Sequence record: NC_061440.1
Reading direction: 5' to 3' (one strand)
Length of the DNA: 64,000 nucleotides
This document shows, one piece after another, positions 45,786-55,400 of the stretch; position 1 is the first letter of the stretch, and each line of letters starts with the position of its first letter. Under the pieces are notes generated by a model that did no database searches, was not told the origin of the DNA, and saw nothing but the letters and a program-made list of their open reading frames with translations. A program made the translations under genes and the position numbers.

Positions 45786-46025
45786 TTAAAGCTGATCAGA
45801 GGTAATCTGACCTGCCTTATACAGTTCGCGCTTACGCTCTTTCCATGTGGACGTAAGTTCGGAGAAGAACTCTTTCATGCTGTCATCATCCAGCTCGAAA
45901 GGTTGATTCACTTCGTACTTACTGCACAGGTCGTTGAACGTAGTCGCATATTCCTGCTGTAGGAATGATTTTTCCGCGCTAACACTTAGATACTGCTGCG
46001 CCGAGAGTGCTACAGATACTTGCAT
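45786..46025 (-). CDS. hypothetical protein
   Basis: GAGGA RBS; own TAATTT motif upstream. Confidence 0.7.
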   Translation of the reverse strand: MQVSVALSAQQYLSVSAEKSFLQQEYATTFNDLCSKYEVNQPFELDDDSMKEFFSELTSTWKERKRELYKAGQITSDQL

Positions 46026-46059
46026 GATACCATCCTCTTTGTTTGACTCGCTTAAATTA

Positions 46060-46659
46060 TCAAGCGAATTTCAAAACAAGGTCATTGACGATAACAGCTT
46101 TCGACTGGTCTGTAGGCGTTGTGTTGTTAGCGTACACTTTGCCTCCAACCAATCTCAAGTCTGCGTTGGAGTTTTCGTTACCCACAGAGCACACAGCAAC
46201 GAACGATGCAGGCACAACGGTAACACCAGTCTGAACGTTGATTGTGGCGCTTGCTCCACCAATGACGATGCACCAAGTAGGCGTAGCGTCTTTCGTGAAG
46301 TAAGATGCACGGTAGTCAGAGTAGCTGGCACTGATACGCATGTTAAACGCTGAGGCCAACAGCACTGGAACGTTGTTAGCGTTCGTGGTCATTGCTGCTT
46401 TATTGCCCACTACGCCGCCGACATAATCAGCAAGACGAGAAGCAGTTAACAGGCCTGGGTTTATGTACGCTGCGTTCGTGCCGGTGAGCTGAGTACCGTC
46501 ACCAATCAGACTGTTAAGTTCTGCTTTGGTTGGCATGGCCCCTGTATAAAACAGAATGGCGTTCGCAACGGCAGTGAAGTTCGAAGGCGCAGCAGAGTTC
46601 ACCAGAGAACTGTACGCGTTACGCTGCATTGCGTTTGCAGTTGCAGGAAGCATTTTCAT
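46060..46659 (-). CDS. virion structural protein, short paralog
   Basis: FYTGAMP...TPTW...VGNENSNADLRLVGG scaffold motif. Confidence 0.7.
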   Translation of the reverse strand: MKMLPATANAMQRNAYSSLVNSAAPSNFTAVANAILFYTGAMPTKAELNSLIGDGTQLTGTNAAYINPGLLTASRLADYVGGVVGNKAAMTTNANNVPVLLASAFNMRISASYSDYRASYFTKDATPTWCIVIGGASATINVQTGVTVVPASFVAVCSVGNENSNADLRLVGGKVYANNTTPTDQSKAVIVNDLVLKFA

Positions 46660-47570
46660 TACACGCCCTCCAGGAAGTTATCTGCAATACGAATCGTCAG
46701 ATCTGGGATAGCCATCTGACCGTACTGACCGATCGAAGGTGTGCCTACAGTAACGTCAGTGCCAATATCCAGTACAAGACCGTAATAGTCGTCTTGTACC
46801 TGAGCGAGATATGCTTGAGTGGTTGATGGGTTTGGTAGAGTCAGCGGCACCAGTACAACATGCGTCAAGGCAGCAACAACGAAGTCACTGCCTTTCTCTG
46901 CATACGGAGTGAAGTACATATCGTTGGTGGTTGCTGTTCCATTCAGGGTGATACGCAGCTTACGCGCAACAATGTCCAGACCATCATTGATGCCAGCAAC
47001 AACGTTGATGCGAGTCCACACAAGCGTCGTAGGATCTTGATACTCCAGACGAACGTTGCCTGCGTTAATGCCAGATACAGACGGCACGAAGAACGAACGG
47101 AAACGGAGAGTACGCCCGTAGTCATACTCAACAGCATCGTTCGCACTCCAGCCGCTGCCAATATCGCTTGTGATATCAAAAGCCGCACCCACCATAGACA
47201 TAATCTGCTGTGGTGTTTTGTTTATGCCAGGAGTAAGCGTGAAGCGACTGTACTCTGGATAAACTGCGTAGGTCTGAATGCTCTGGCCGGATGCAGGGTC
47301 GAAGACCTTACGACCTTGACCATAACCGCCGATTGGTTGCAGACTACGGCCGCGAGAGTACACACGACATAAAGTGTTGTTTGCATCAGTGGTTTGTTGC
47401 TGATAGCGATACTCTACGGCACAACGACTCGTAGCTACGAGATCGAGAAATGCTTTAGGCACGCTATTGCTGTTACCGTTGCGAAAGAAGGCCATGAAGC
47501 CGTTCGTGTTCACACCAGTGCCTGCGGTTTGAGTGAGCTGATATAGCGCCACTTTTTCAGAGACTAACAT
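46659..47570 (-). CDS. virion structural protein, long paralog with discoidin-like insert
   Basis: VEYDYG...RLEY...W...RKLRI. Confidence 0.65.
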   Translation of the reverse strand: MLVSEKVALYQLTQTAGTGVNTNGFMAFFRNGNSNSVPKAFLDLVATSRCAVEYRYQQQTTDANNTLCRVYSRGRSLQPIGGYGQGRKVFDPASGQSIQTYAVYPEYSRFTLTPGINKTPQQIMSMVGAAFDITSDIGSGWSANDAVEYDYGRTLRFRSFFVPSVSGINAGNVRLEYQDPTTLVWTRINVVAGINDGLDIVARKLRITLNGTATTNDMYFTPYAEKGSDFVVAALTHVVLVPLTLPNPSTTQAYLAQVQDDYYGLVLDIGTDVTVGTPSIGQYGQMAIPDLTIRIADNFLEGV

Positions 47571-47579
47571 AATGCCTCC

Positions 47580-48113
47580 TTAGTATTTGATACGCAAGTC
47601 AGCGATGCGCAGAGGCTGGTTCAGAGCAACAGTACCACCAACAATTTTCAGGTCAGCGTTAGAGTTTTCATCGCCCACAGTACCAGTGATGATGACGTAG
47701 GCATTCGAACCAGTAGTGAAGCCTGCAAACGTATCAGCCGCAGAGGCAGTCTGAGCAAGACGCATCATGAACCACGTAGGAGTACCGGCCGCCGCAATAG
47801 TCGCTAAGTTAGCCTGAGCGCTAAGTGGAATCTGAATGAGGTTGTTGTCCATGTCCATAGCGATAGGCACCACGCCACACATTACATCGCCAAGGAAATT
47901 CGCAGCTGTGGCAAACGCACTGATAGCTGCGGCAGACCATGGCACAGTCGTAGAAGCAGCGGTGATCATCGCACTCAACTGAGCGTCTGTCGGAGGTGTG
48001 CCTGAGAACAAACCGACGTGAATCGTGTTGACCGCAGTGTTGCTGTTTGGAGGCATACGTTGGTTTAATGCAGCCATAGCCATGAATGAGTTGTATGCTT
48101 TAGATACGCGCAT
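47580..48113 (-). CDS. virion structural protein, short paralog
   Basis: GLFSGTPP...GTPTWF...TVGDENSNADLKIVGG. Confidence 0.7.
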   Translation of the reverse strand: MRVSKAYNSFMAMAALNQRMPPNSNTAVNTIHVGLFSGTPPTDAQLSAMITAASTTVPWSAAAISAFATAANFLGDVMCGVVPIAMDMDNNLIQIPLSAQANLATIAAAGTPTWFMMRLAQTASAADTFAGFTTGSNAYVIITGTVGDENSNADLKIVGGTVALNQPLRIADLRIKY

Positions 48114-48114
48114 A

Positions 48115-49179
48115 TTAGTATGTCTCCAGTGAAATAGGCGTATAGGACACGGTGAACGAACCGACAGCTTGTTCCTGCCCTGGGTACGCTGTAGCATCCG
48201 CGATCAGCAGGTCATAGCTTGAAGCCTGTTTCACATCGTCCGTAACGGTCAGACCGTAGTGAGGGAACCAACGACCATAGCTGTTCACGTTCATCGCTTG
48301 CGACATGGCGGGCACACCATAGGCAGTACCGAAACCATGTGGGAACATGACAACGTGCTGCACTTTGCCTAAGGTGCGAGGAGCCGAGCCTGCCGCATAG
48401 TCACCATAGAAGTGCAGAGCAAACGTGCCAACACCGATGAAGAACGGGTTGGTTGCTGCCGCAGACTTAGACACAATGCGGAAGCGACGACCTTGAACAG
48501 TGGCTGGGAGCTGGTAATACTTCTCAACGTTACCCGCTGTCTGGGACAGGTTAGTTACTAGGTTAGTCACATCAACCCATGAACTACCTTGCTGTACCTG
48601 CAAGAATACCATGTTAGCAGGTACGTTAGCGAACAGGTTGTTGTTCGCTGTAGTCTGTGTGATACTGGTCAGAGCGTTAATGACCACATCGGCGCCGAAG
48701 TCATACTCAGCCAAAGTCCACGAACCATCAGCGTTCTTGTTCTTAACGGTAGGAACGGAGGCACCTGACGTTGGTGCAGTACATGGCATCTGAATTGCGG
48801 AGGTTGTTGATGCACAACGATGCCACAAAATAGTAGCGAACAGCATGTCCAGTTGATACTGCGCACTTGCGATCCCGGTATCAACAAGATCTTGATACAC
48901 GGTGCTATACGAGGCGAACGTTACTTTCGGCAGAACACGTTTCCCGCGATAGCCCTGAACAGTTGTCCAAGCAGGAGCAGGAGAAGATTGCAGGCTAGTG
49001 GTGTTAGGAACCAGAGAGTGCTGCCCACCACCAATCTGAGTTTGAATAAACGCACGACCACTGAGCATGTTGTTCAGAACGGTCTGCATGTCGTAGTTCA
49101 AAGGGTTAGGAAGATTCCCTTCCATGAAAGCACCGTACATTACGGTAGGTGTATTTTGATAAATCGGTAGAATTTTCAT
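48115..49179 (-). CDS. virion structural protein, long paralog with discoidin-like insert
   Basis: AEYDFG...LQVQ.GSSWVDV...RRFRI. Confidence 0.68.
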   Translation of the reverse strand: MKILPIYQNTPTVMYGAFMEGNLPNPLNYDMQTVLNNMLSGRAFIQTQIGGGQHSLVPNTTSLQSSPAPAWTTVQGYRGKRVLPKVTFASYSTVYQDLVDTGIASAQYQLDMLFATILWHRCASTTSAIQMPCTAPTSGASVPTVKNKNADGSWTLAEYDFGADVVINALTSITQTTANNNLFANVPANMVFLQVQQGSSWVDVTNLVTNLSQTAGNVEKYYQLPATVQGRRFRIVSKSAAATNPFFIGVGTFALHFYGDYAAGSAPRTLGKVQHVVMFPHGFGTAYGVPAMSQAMNVNSYGRWFPHYGLTVTDDVKQASSYDLLIADATAYPGQEQAVGSFTVSYTPISLETY

Positions 49180-49216
49180 ATCATGCCCTTGGTTTAAAGA
49201 CAGTTCAAATTAATGA

Positions 49217-49242
49217 AGTGACGCCCACGCTAGGACGTCACT
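49217..49242 (-). terminator. possible terminator hairpin
   Basis: agtgacg...cgtcact stem followed on the - strand by an AT-rich run. Confidence 0.45.
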
Positions 49243-49248
49243 CAAGAA

Positions 49249-49776
49249 CTACAGTTGTAGCGTCAGGTCGAGGAAGCGGTATGCTTGCCCGCTCTTAATC
49301 TGTCCACCAATGAACTGGAGTTCTGCATCAGAGCCTTGATCGCCTACAGTACCCATCCACGCAGGACCTGCAAGCAACGTACCTGTAGAGGATGACAGTA
49401 CGAAGTTAGCCCACGACGCAGCAGCCGCTCCAGCAGTAGCTACGATACGCGCCACATAGTAAGTAGGCGTACCGTCAGCAACACCGGTCAGCGTAGCAGC
49501 ATTTCCGGCAAATGGCAGAGTTACTGTGCGTGGTCCAACGTTAACAACAGGAGTCATTGCAGCGAATGCAATTGAACCTAAGAAGTTAGCTTGTGTCAGA
49601 CCTAATGCAGTCACTGCCTTGAGGTTCCAGCCTGAACCGGGTACTTGCGAGAAGATCTGATTGAAATCAGGCTTGGGTCCTTTGAACAACGCGATGTGAA
49701 GCGTGTTCGCCGCAATCGCTGTAGCAGGGAACCCACCATTGATAGCGGCGAGTGATGCACCTTTGTTGCTAATCAT
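49249..49776 (-). CDS. virion structural protein, short paralog
   Basis: ALFKGPKP...GTPTYY...TVGDQGSDAELQFIGG. Confidence 0.7.
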   Translation of the reverse strand: MISNKGASLAAINGGFPATAIAANTLHIALFKGPKPDFNQIFSQVPGSGWNLKAVTALGLTQANFLGSIAFAAMTPVVNVGPRTVTLPFAGNAATLTGVADGTPTYYVARIVATAGAAAASWANFVLSSSTGTLLAGPAWMGTVGDQGSDAELQFIGGQIKSGQAYRFLDLTLQL

Positions 49777-50852
49777 ACGCCCCTCCCAATAATAGACGCG
49801 AGTTGCACACGGAACGAAGGTACAGGCACTGCACCGAATGACGTATTGTACGTCGTGTCCAGCATGTTGATATCGAAGTTCGCCGCCTGTTTGATATCGT
49901 CAGTGATAGTCAAGTGCATCATCGCACAGTAACGACTCTGTACGGTAGTGACTGCCGCCGGCCAGTTGAAATACCAAGTCGCTGTTGGAGAGTAAGCAGC
50001 AGCGGCCTGCAGGTGCAACACTGTCATGTGCTTGTACTTGCCTAACGTGCGGGGCTTCTGATCTGTGTACGTTGCATAGAACTGCAAGCCGAACGGATAG
50101 TGCCCTGTAGTCGACCAAGGCCACGCAACAGCTTTGTTCACCAGTCTAAACTTCTGCGCTTTGACTTTCGTCGGCAGTTCGTAAGTAACAGCCGTGTTGT
50201 TGGTGGTGGTACGCAGGTTGTCATAGGTGTGTATAACATCAGTCCACGCACCGTTAACGAACGCTTGCACATAGGTCTGTTGAGTACCCATAACCATCTG
50301 ACCCGCAACGGCCGCACCCATCGAGTAGCCAACCAGAGCACCCAGCTCAATCTCCGCGCCGAAGTCATACTCCGCACACAGATACCAGCCTTCATCAGTC
50401 AAGTTATACTGAGGACTCAGGTTGTTCGCTACGTTCGACAGGAAGAAGTCTGTAGATGTAGTCATGCGATGCGCAAGCAGACACGCAGCAACCGCTTCCA
50501 GATACTGGTTAAGCGTAGCGACGAATCGAGGTTCGACGGCAGGCAGCTTAATCTTAGGAATAATGCGACGCTTAATAGTGAACGCACCGCCATATCCATT
50601 CGCAACACCATCCATTTCAATCCACGCAGGAAGAAAACGGCTCGTGTTGAACGAACTGATATCATAAGGCTGATACGACCAACGTGCCGGGTTAGTGCTC
50701 ATAGTAGTTCTTGCGAACAGGCGCATTGCGATAGCGTCATTGATTGCGCTATGCAGAGACTTCTCACCATTCGCTGGAGCGTCTGTATCGTACAGAAGGC
50801 CCAGACAGATGTTTGCAGAAGCACTCAGGGACTGCGTAGGATAGAGTTCCAT
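49773..50852 (-). CDS. virion structural protein, long paralog with discoidin-like insert
   Basis: AEYDFG...VQAF.NGAWTDV...QKFRL; C-terminus similar to 48115-49179. Confidence 0.68.
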   Translation of the reverse strand: MELYPTQSLSASANICLGLLYDTDAPANGEKSLHSAINDAIAMRLFARTTMSTNPARWSYQPYDISSFNTSRFLPAWIEMDGVANGYGGAFTIKRRIIPKIKLPAVEPRFVATLNQYLEAVAACLLAHRMTTSTDFFLSNVANNLSPQYNLTDEGWYLCAEYDFGAEIELGALVGYSMGAAVAGQMVMGTQQTYVQAFVNGAWTDVIHTYDNLRTTTNNTAVTYELPTKVKAQKFRLVNKAVAWPWSTTGHYPFGLQFYATYTDQKPRTLGKYKHMTVLHLQAAAAYSPTATWYFNWPAAVTTVQSRYCAMMHLTITDDIKQAANFDINMLDTTYNTSFGAVPVPSFRVQLASIIGRGV

Positions 50853-50853
50853 A

Positions 50854-51432
50854 TTAGCTCCATGCAATGTTGTTGAGGCTGATGGTTCCGTTGAGAGTAA
50901 ACGTACCATCACCATTGTCCGTCAGCGGAGCGCCCATAGCAATCAGGTCCTGAGGCGTTAGCTCAATCACCGACGCAATAGTGACAGTAGCCGCAGCAAT
51001 GGCCGTCGCTGTAGTGCCAAGCAGAATATACATGCGGTTGAATGCTTTTGCATAGCTGAAACGACCGAGCAGATTCAGCGTATCAAACATACGCTTGCCA
51101 TTACCCAGATTGACGATACGAATATTACCTGTAGAGATTGGAGCAGCGTCCATCACACAACCAGGCAGGTTCGCAGTCAAATATGTGCGTAGCGTGTTCA
51201 GACTGAAAACAGCCAGTAGCTGGTTGTTCCAGATCGTGTCCGTGATGATATCGCCAGTGGAGAATACAACAGCAGCGGGGCGTTCGGTACTGATAGTTGT
51301 GCCCGCACCTTGAAGATTGCCAGCAGTAGCGGAAGCCATTGTGCTGGCCATCCACGGAAGCTCAACGCCCGGGTTAGTCGTAGAGCCAAGCGATTCACCA
51401 CGCATGTTGAGCATAGCTTTTGAGATATACAT
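50854..51432 (-). CDS. virion structural protein, short paralog (divergent)
   Basis: Position in the alternating array, T/A/N-rich. Confidence 0.6.
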   Translation of the reverse strand: MYISKAMLNMRGESLGSTTNPGVELPWMASTMASATAGNLQGAGTTISTERPAAVVFSTGDIITDTIWNNQLLAVFSLNTLRTYLTANLPGCVMDAAPISTGNIRIVNLGNGKRMFDTLNLLGRFSYAKAFNRMYILLGTTATAIAAATVTIASVIELTPQDLIAMGAPLTDNGDGTFTLNGTISLNNIAWS

Positions 51433-52337
51433 CAGTTGCTCCTCTGAGTGAAACGCAACTTAGGACAGTACATGATCGTCTTCTGTAGCGGGATGATATC
51501 GCCTACGATCTTGAATGGTCCCTGAGAACCCACAGCGTCCGCACAGTACATGATCTCATCAGAGTAATCAGTATCACCGTGAGTCAGCGTGTTGCAGTGA
51601 GCAAGTGCCGCCCATGTAGGAACAGTTGCCGGGCTGGACGAGGGCACATCGACAGAGGACAGCAAGATACGCATCATACTACCAACAGTAGTGCTGGTGG
51701 ACTTGAAACGATACTTCTTGGACGCTCTCGGCGAAGACAGAGCCAACACAGTTGCATCACCAGTAATAGCGGTTGCAGTGCCTAACGTAGTTTCAGTCAG
51801 GCCGTCATCAGACAACGCGACTAACTGGAATCCATCAGACACGGTGCCATTGAACTTCAAGTGTGTTACTGTCACTGGGTTGTCGAACTCAACGTCAATG
51901 CTCTGGCCGCCAAATCGTGCGGCAGGAACCAGCATACTACCAGAGCCTACAACTAACCCGATGCTACGATCAGTGAAGCCTGAACGAGTAATACGATGAG
52001 GCAGAAGCTGATAAACCACAGTATTAGCGCTGCCAACGGTCCCATAGTATGATGCCCCTTTAGGAATATACTGAGACTGTAGGGCAAGAGTGAGGACGTT
52101 CCCTGATTCAACTCCAGTGACTGGGTTGCGGATCATACCAATAGAGGTATTATACATGTCCGCGAGTGACTTGTTATTGAAGGCGGCATCAAAGCCTTCT
52201 TTCGACGTAGGCAGTTTGCCACTGAATGCGAAGATGTTCCAGCCGGCACCGACATTCGGGTCGTTTACCAGTGCTGCGGTATTCGCGTTAGTGCCCATCA
52301 TTGCCTGCGCCATGATGCGGTTATTAATAATCTTCAT
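51432..52337 (-). CDS. virion structural protein, long paralog
   Basis: AFSGKLP...VEFDNPVTV...KYRF...PTWA. Confidence 0.65.
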   Translation of the reverse strand: MKIINNRIMAQAMMGTNANTAALVNDPNVGAGWNIFAFSGKLPTSKEGFDAAFNNKSLADMYNTSIGMIRNPVTGVESGNVLTLALQSQYIPKGASYYGTVGSANTVVYQLLPHRITRSGFTDRSIGLVVGSGSMLVPAARFGGQSIDVEFDNPVTVTHLKFNGTVSDGFQLVALSDDGLTETTLGTATAITGDATVLALSSPRASKKYRFKSTSTTVGSMMRILLSSVDVPSSSPATVPTWAALAHCNTLTHGDTDYSDEIMYCADAVGSQGPFKIVGDIIPLQKTIMYCPKLRFTQRSN

Positions 52338-52792
52338 TAGCTCACCACCGGCACAGCAGATTTGTTGTTCGCTTTAGTGTCAGACAGGTCAAGCGCTCCA
52401 ACAGTTACACGGAAGACGATGTTATCAAACAGCGGGTCAATCGACTGCGTTGTAGTGAACTGACCGCTAACGAGAGGCACGTCGGTACGAGGTGCAGCCA
52501 GGCTAGACGTGAAGCTACGCGCCATAAACTTACTGACTACCTGACCAACAACGAGGCCCACCAGCGCGATTTGATCGATGCTTGAAATTTGAGTGCGTTG
52601 AATCCAGGACAAGCGGCCTTGCGAGTATGCGACTTGCGCAACGTCTGCAATCTGCTTGGCATTGATAGCCGAGACAGATTCGTTTGTCACACGCTTCTGG
52701 GGCTGCGAGTCAGAACTAACTTCAATCTGAGACATAACGAACACGAAGTCCGCAAACATGTCCGGGTCATACGTTACGACTGGTACGAACAT
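52337..52792 (-). CDS. virion structural protein, short paralog (divergent)
   Basis: Array position; C-terminal TVGALD motif. Confidence 0.55.
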   Translation of the reverse strand: MFVPVVTYDPDMFADFVFVMSQIEVSSDSQPQKRVTNESVSAINAKQIADVAQVAYSQGRLSWIQRTQISSIDQIALVGLVVGQVVSKFMARSFTSSLAAPRTDVPLVSGQFTTTQSIDPLFDNIVFRVTVGALDLSDTKANNKSAVPVVS

Positions 52793-52794
52793 GG

Positions 52795-53886
52795 TTAGGC
52801 TCCTTGGCGGATCGCGTAGTTGTTGATGATAGGAGTGTAAGCAGCATTCGCACCAGCACCGTAACCACCAGCTACCTGAGCAGATACAGCAACAGGTTTG
52901 AGAACAGCATACGTGAATGTATCTACAACGGTACCGTCAATAGACACCTTGTGCGTAGACGTCGAGGCATCGTACTCATATTTAATGTGTACGGTATTGC
53001 CTGACCACAGTGCTGCGTAAGGCGAGATAGGTCGCGTTATTTTTGCTGCGGCAGTACCGCCACCAACGTTGTTCCAGATGAGTAGACCTTTCTCGTTAGA
53101 ACGGTCAAACGCTATGGTGAAACGGTCAGTCAGAGATGCGCCAGTACGGAACAAACACCATTCCGCATAGTCCGCATTACCTGACTGGTGATAGTCACAC
53201 TCAATAGTGAATGACTTGCTAGGGTCAAACGTAGGTACAGACGCCATACTGATTAAGCCAGTAGTGCCTAAGTCAACTCCAGAACCATCCGCAGCAAACT
53301 TCAAGTTACCGCTGGTGGTAGCCGCATTTCCTACGAGGTCTGTGAATGCGCCGGTATTGAAAACACCGATACCGTATGCGATCTTCTCATTGCCTGTAAG
53401 CCACGTAGCAACTGAGTTCTCTGTCCACATTTGAGTCAGGCCGATAGTGAATGCGTTGATCGTTACCTGAGTCTTATATCCATTCGGATCATAGCGGACA
53501 ACAAGGTCAGGGTAGAGCAGCGTAACGTCTGGCCCAACTTGTAAGCACACAGGCAAGATGCCGCCGAGAATAAGGTGAGTAGGAACACCTTCGGCAGTAG
53601 CAGTCAACTGGCAATCAGAGATAGACAGCTTGGTACGATCAATAGTACGGACGCAGTTAGTGCCTTTCGCCAGCACGGTGCAGATACCGCTAGACGCAGC
53701 AAGAGCGGCATCGAACATGTAACCCGCACCAGTCTGAGGCTGATAATTAAGGCACTTGTTCAGATCAGCCTCAACGAATCCGCTATTCAGTTTCACCAGA
53801 TAGCAGGACTTATCGTCTGCCGTTGCCTGAGCGAATAGACGCGTCAACTGAGGCACGACAGAGTTTGCAAATAACTTGTAGTTCAT
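52795..53886 (-). CDS. virion structural protein with C-terminal LamG/ConA-like domain
   Basis: Scaffold N-half (GVPTHL..VGPDVTL) then FTIECDY...HIKYEY...KVSIDG. Confidence 0.6.
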   Translation of the reverse strand: MNYKLFANSVVPQLTRLFAQATADDKSCYLVKLNSGFVEADLNKCLNYQPQTGAGYMFDAALAASSGICTVLAKGTNCVRTIDRTKLSISDCQLTATAEGVPTHLILGGILPVCLQVGPDVTLLYPDLVVRYDPNGYKTQVTINAFTIGLTQMWTENSVATWLTGNEKIAYGIGVFNTGAFTDLVGNAATTSGNLKFAADGSGVDLGTTGLISMASVPTFDPSKSFTIECDYHQSGNADYAEWCLFRTGASLTDRFTIAFDRSNEKGLLIWNNVGGGTAAAKITRPISPYAALWSGNTVHIKYEYDASTSTHKVSIDGTVVDTFTYAVLKPVAVSAQVAGGYGAGANAAYTPIINNYAIRQGA

Positions 53887-53887
53887 G

Positions 53888-54844
53888 TTATACCTCGGTG
53901 GACAGACGAAGCTGGGCGACAGAAGCGAACTCACCAGGACCGAGAGCCGTAGCTAACAGTTCGATTGGCTTGCCGCTACCGATAGCCCCTACTTCACAGG
54001 CGAAGTAAGTTGGCACATAGTTGCCGTTTGCCAGAGCACCGTAGTTGGTGTCCTGAATGACAACGATTGCACTGCGCATTGTTTTGTATGCTGCGTTTCT
54101 GCCTACGTCGGATGCAGTTACAGGAAGCACTCGGCGCGTACCAGAAGTTTGAATGAAACGGAAGCGCTTAGACGACTCGGTAGGAGTGGCCAGCACGTTA
54201 CCTTCTTGGTTAGCAGCAAGAGTCCATGCGCGAGCAGTACCCACGACACCAGCACCGTCAATAGGAGCAACAGTACCTGCCGCAGCAGAAGTCATATCAC
54301 CAACGTCAGACAGCACAGCGTCGATGGTGACTTCGTAGTCAAATGTCAGGTCAGTAGTTGACAGATGAATACCCGGCATGAGCGCATCGTGAGGAATGCC
54401 TGCATAGTCCCACGGTCTGTAACCAGCAGCACCGATACCCCACAGCGCTTTGTTGCCTGCGTCATTACTGGTGTTATACGCTGTCTGAATCTGAACCGAA
54501 GCAGCACCGTTATAACCAACAGGAGTTGCCTTAGACGGATAGTGAACAGTCGCGCCGTTCTTAATCTCATACACATGACCAGAACGTGCTTTCCACCCTT
54601 CTTGACGATCCATAAGAGGCAGCAGACCTTCGGTGGTTGGCCACAAAGTCAAACGAGTAACCGCAACAGCATTGTCGAACAGTTTTCTCATGTCCAGCAG
54701 ATGCTGGGAGAAGTCGCCTTGATCAGCAATCGCTGTGTCAAAGAAGAACACGTTAACAGTCTGACCGTTTGCTACGTTCGATGCCCAACCAGAGCCTTGG
54801 CTGAGTACACTGAACGGCAGTAAGTTGTGTCCTAAGATACGCAT
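53888..54844 (-). CDS. virion structural protein, long paralog
   Basis: TFDYEVTIDAV...KRFRF; C-terminal EVGAIGSGKPIEL. Confidence 0.62.
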   Translation of the reverse strand: MRILGHNLLPFSVLSQGSGWASNVANGQTVNVFFFDTAIADQGDFSQHLLDMRKLFDNAVAVTRLTLWPTTEGLLPLMDRQEGWKARSGHVYEIKNGATVHYPSKATPVGYNGAASVQIQTAYNTSNDAGNKALWGIGAAGYRPWDYAGIPHDALMPGIHLSTTDLTFDYEVTIDAVLSDVGDMTSAAAGTVAPIDGAGVVGTARAWTLAANQEGNVLATPTESSKRFRFIQTSGTRRVLPVTASDVGRNAAYKTMRSAIVVIQDTNYGALANGNYVPTYFACEVGAIGSGKPIELLATALGPGEFASVAQLRLSTEV

Positions 54845-55341
54845 TAGAACTCCTTAGAATCTTTGACAACGGTAGCGAGGAACTTACCGTTACGCAGGTT
54901 AGCTGAGGTCAGAATCAAATCTGCACCAGAGCCAGCAGCGCCGATAGTTAGAATCAGGAAGCCGCCGTACGGAGTGCTTGCGATATCTTTGTTGAAGACA
55001 ATCACGTTGTACGTGCTCAACAGAGTTGTTATATCACCTGCAAAAGTACCCTGCAGCGTAGCAGACAGACGGAACTTGTACTTGTTATCTTGACCATGAA
55101 TCCAACGCACAGGGTTTGTGCTAACTGAGGTCAAGTCGAGGACAGCAGTTGCACCAATAGCAGTCTGAACTGTAGTACCGTCAGCAACGACGATGTTTGC
55201 AGGGTCAGGTACTTTGGCCAAACAGATTGTCTTCTGCATGTTAGACAGGCCGTACTTCAATGGCGGATCAGAAGCAGGACGTTTTCCCGCATCTGGAATC
55301 GTAATGCCATTGGCAACCAACGGGAAAGAAACTATTTCCAT
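54844..55341 (-). CDS. virion structural protein, short paralog
   Basis: C-terminal TIGAAGSGADLIL; GGAG RBS and TAATTT upstream. Confidence 0.68.
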   Translation of the reverse strand: MEIVSFPLVANGITIPDAGKRPASDPPLKYGLSNMQKTICLAKVPDPANIVVADGTTVQTAIGATAVLDLTSVSTNPVRWIHGQDNKYKFRLSATLQGTFAGDITTLLSTYNVIVFNKDIASTPYGGFLILTIGAAGSGADLILTSANLRNGKFLATVVKDSKEF

Positions 55342-55400
55342 TATGATATCTCCAGGTTGTTTCGAGAATAAATTACTGACAACAAAGGTTCACGTAGGAC

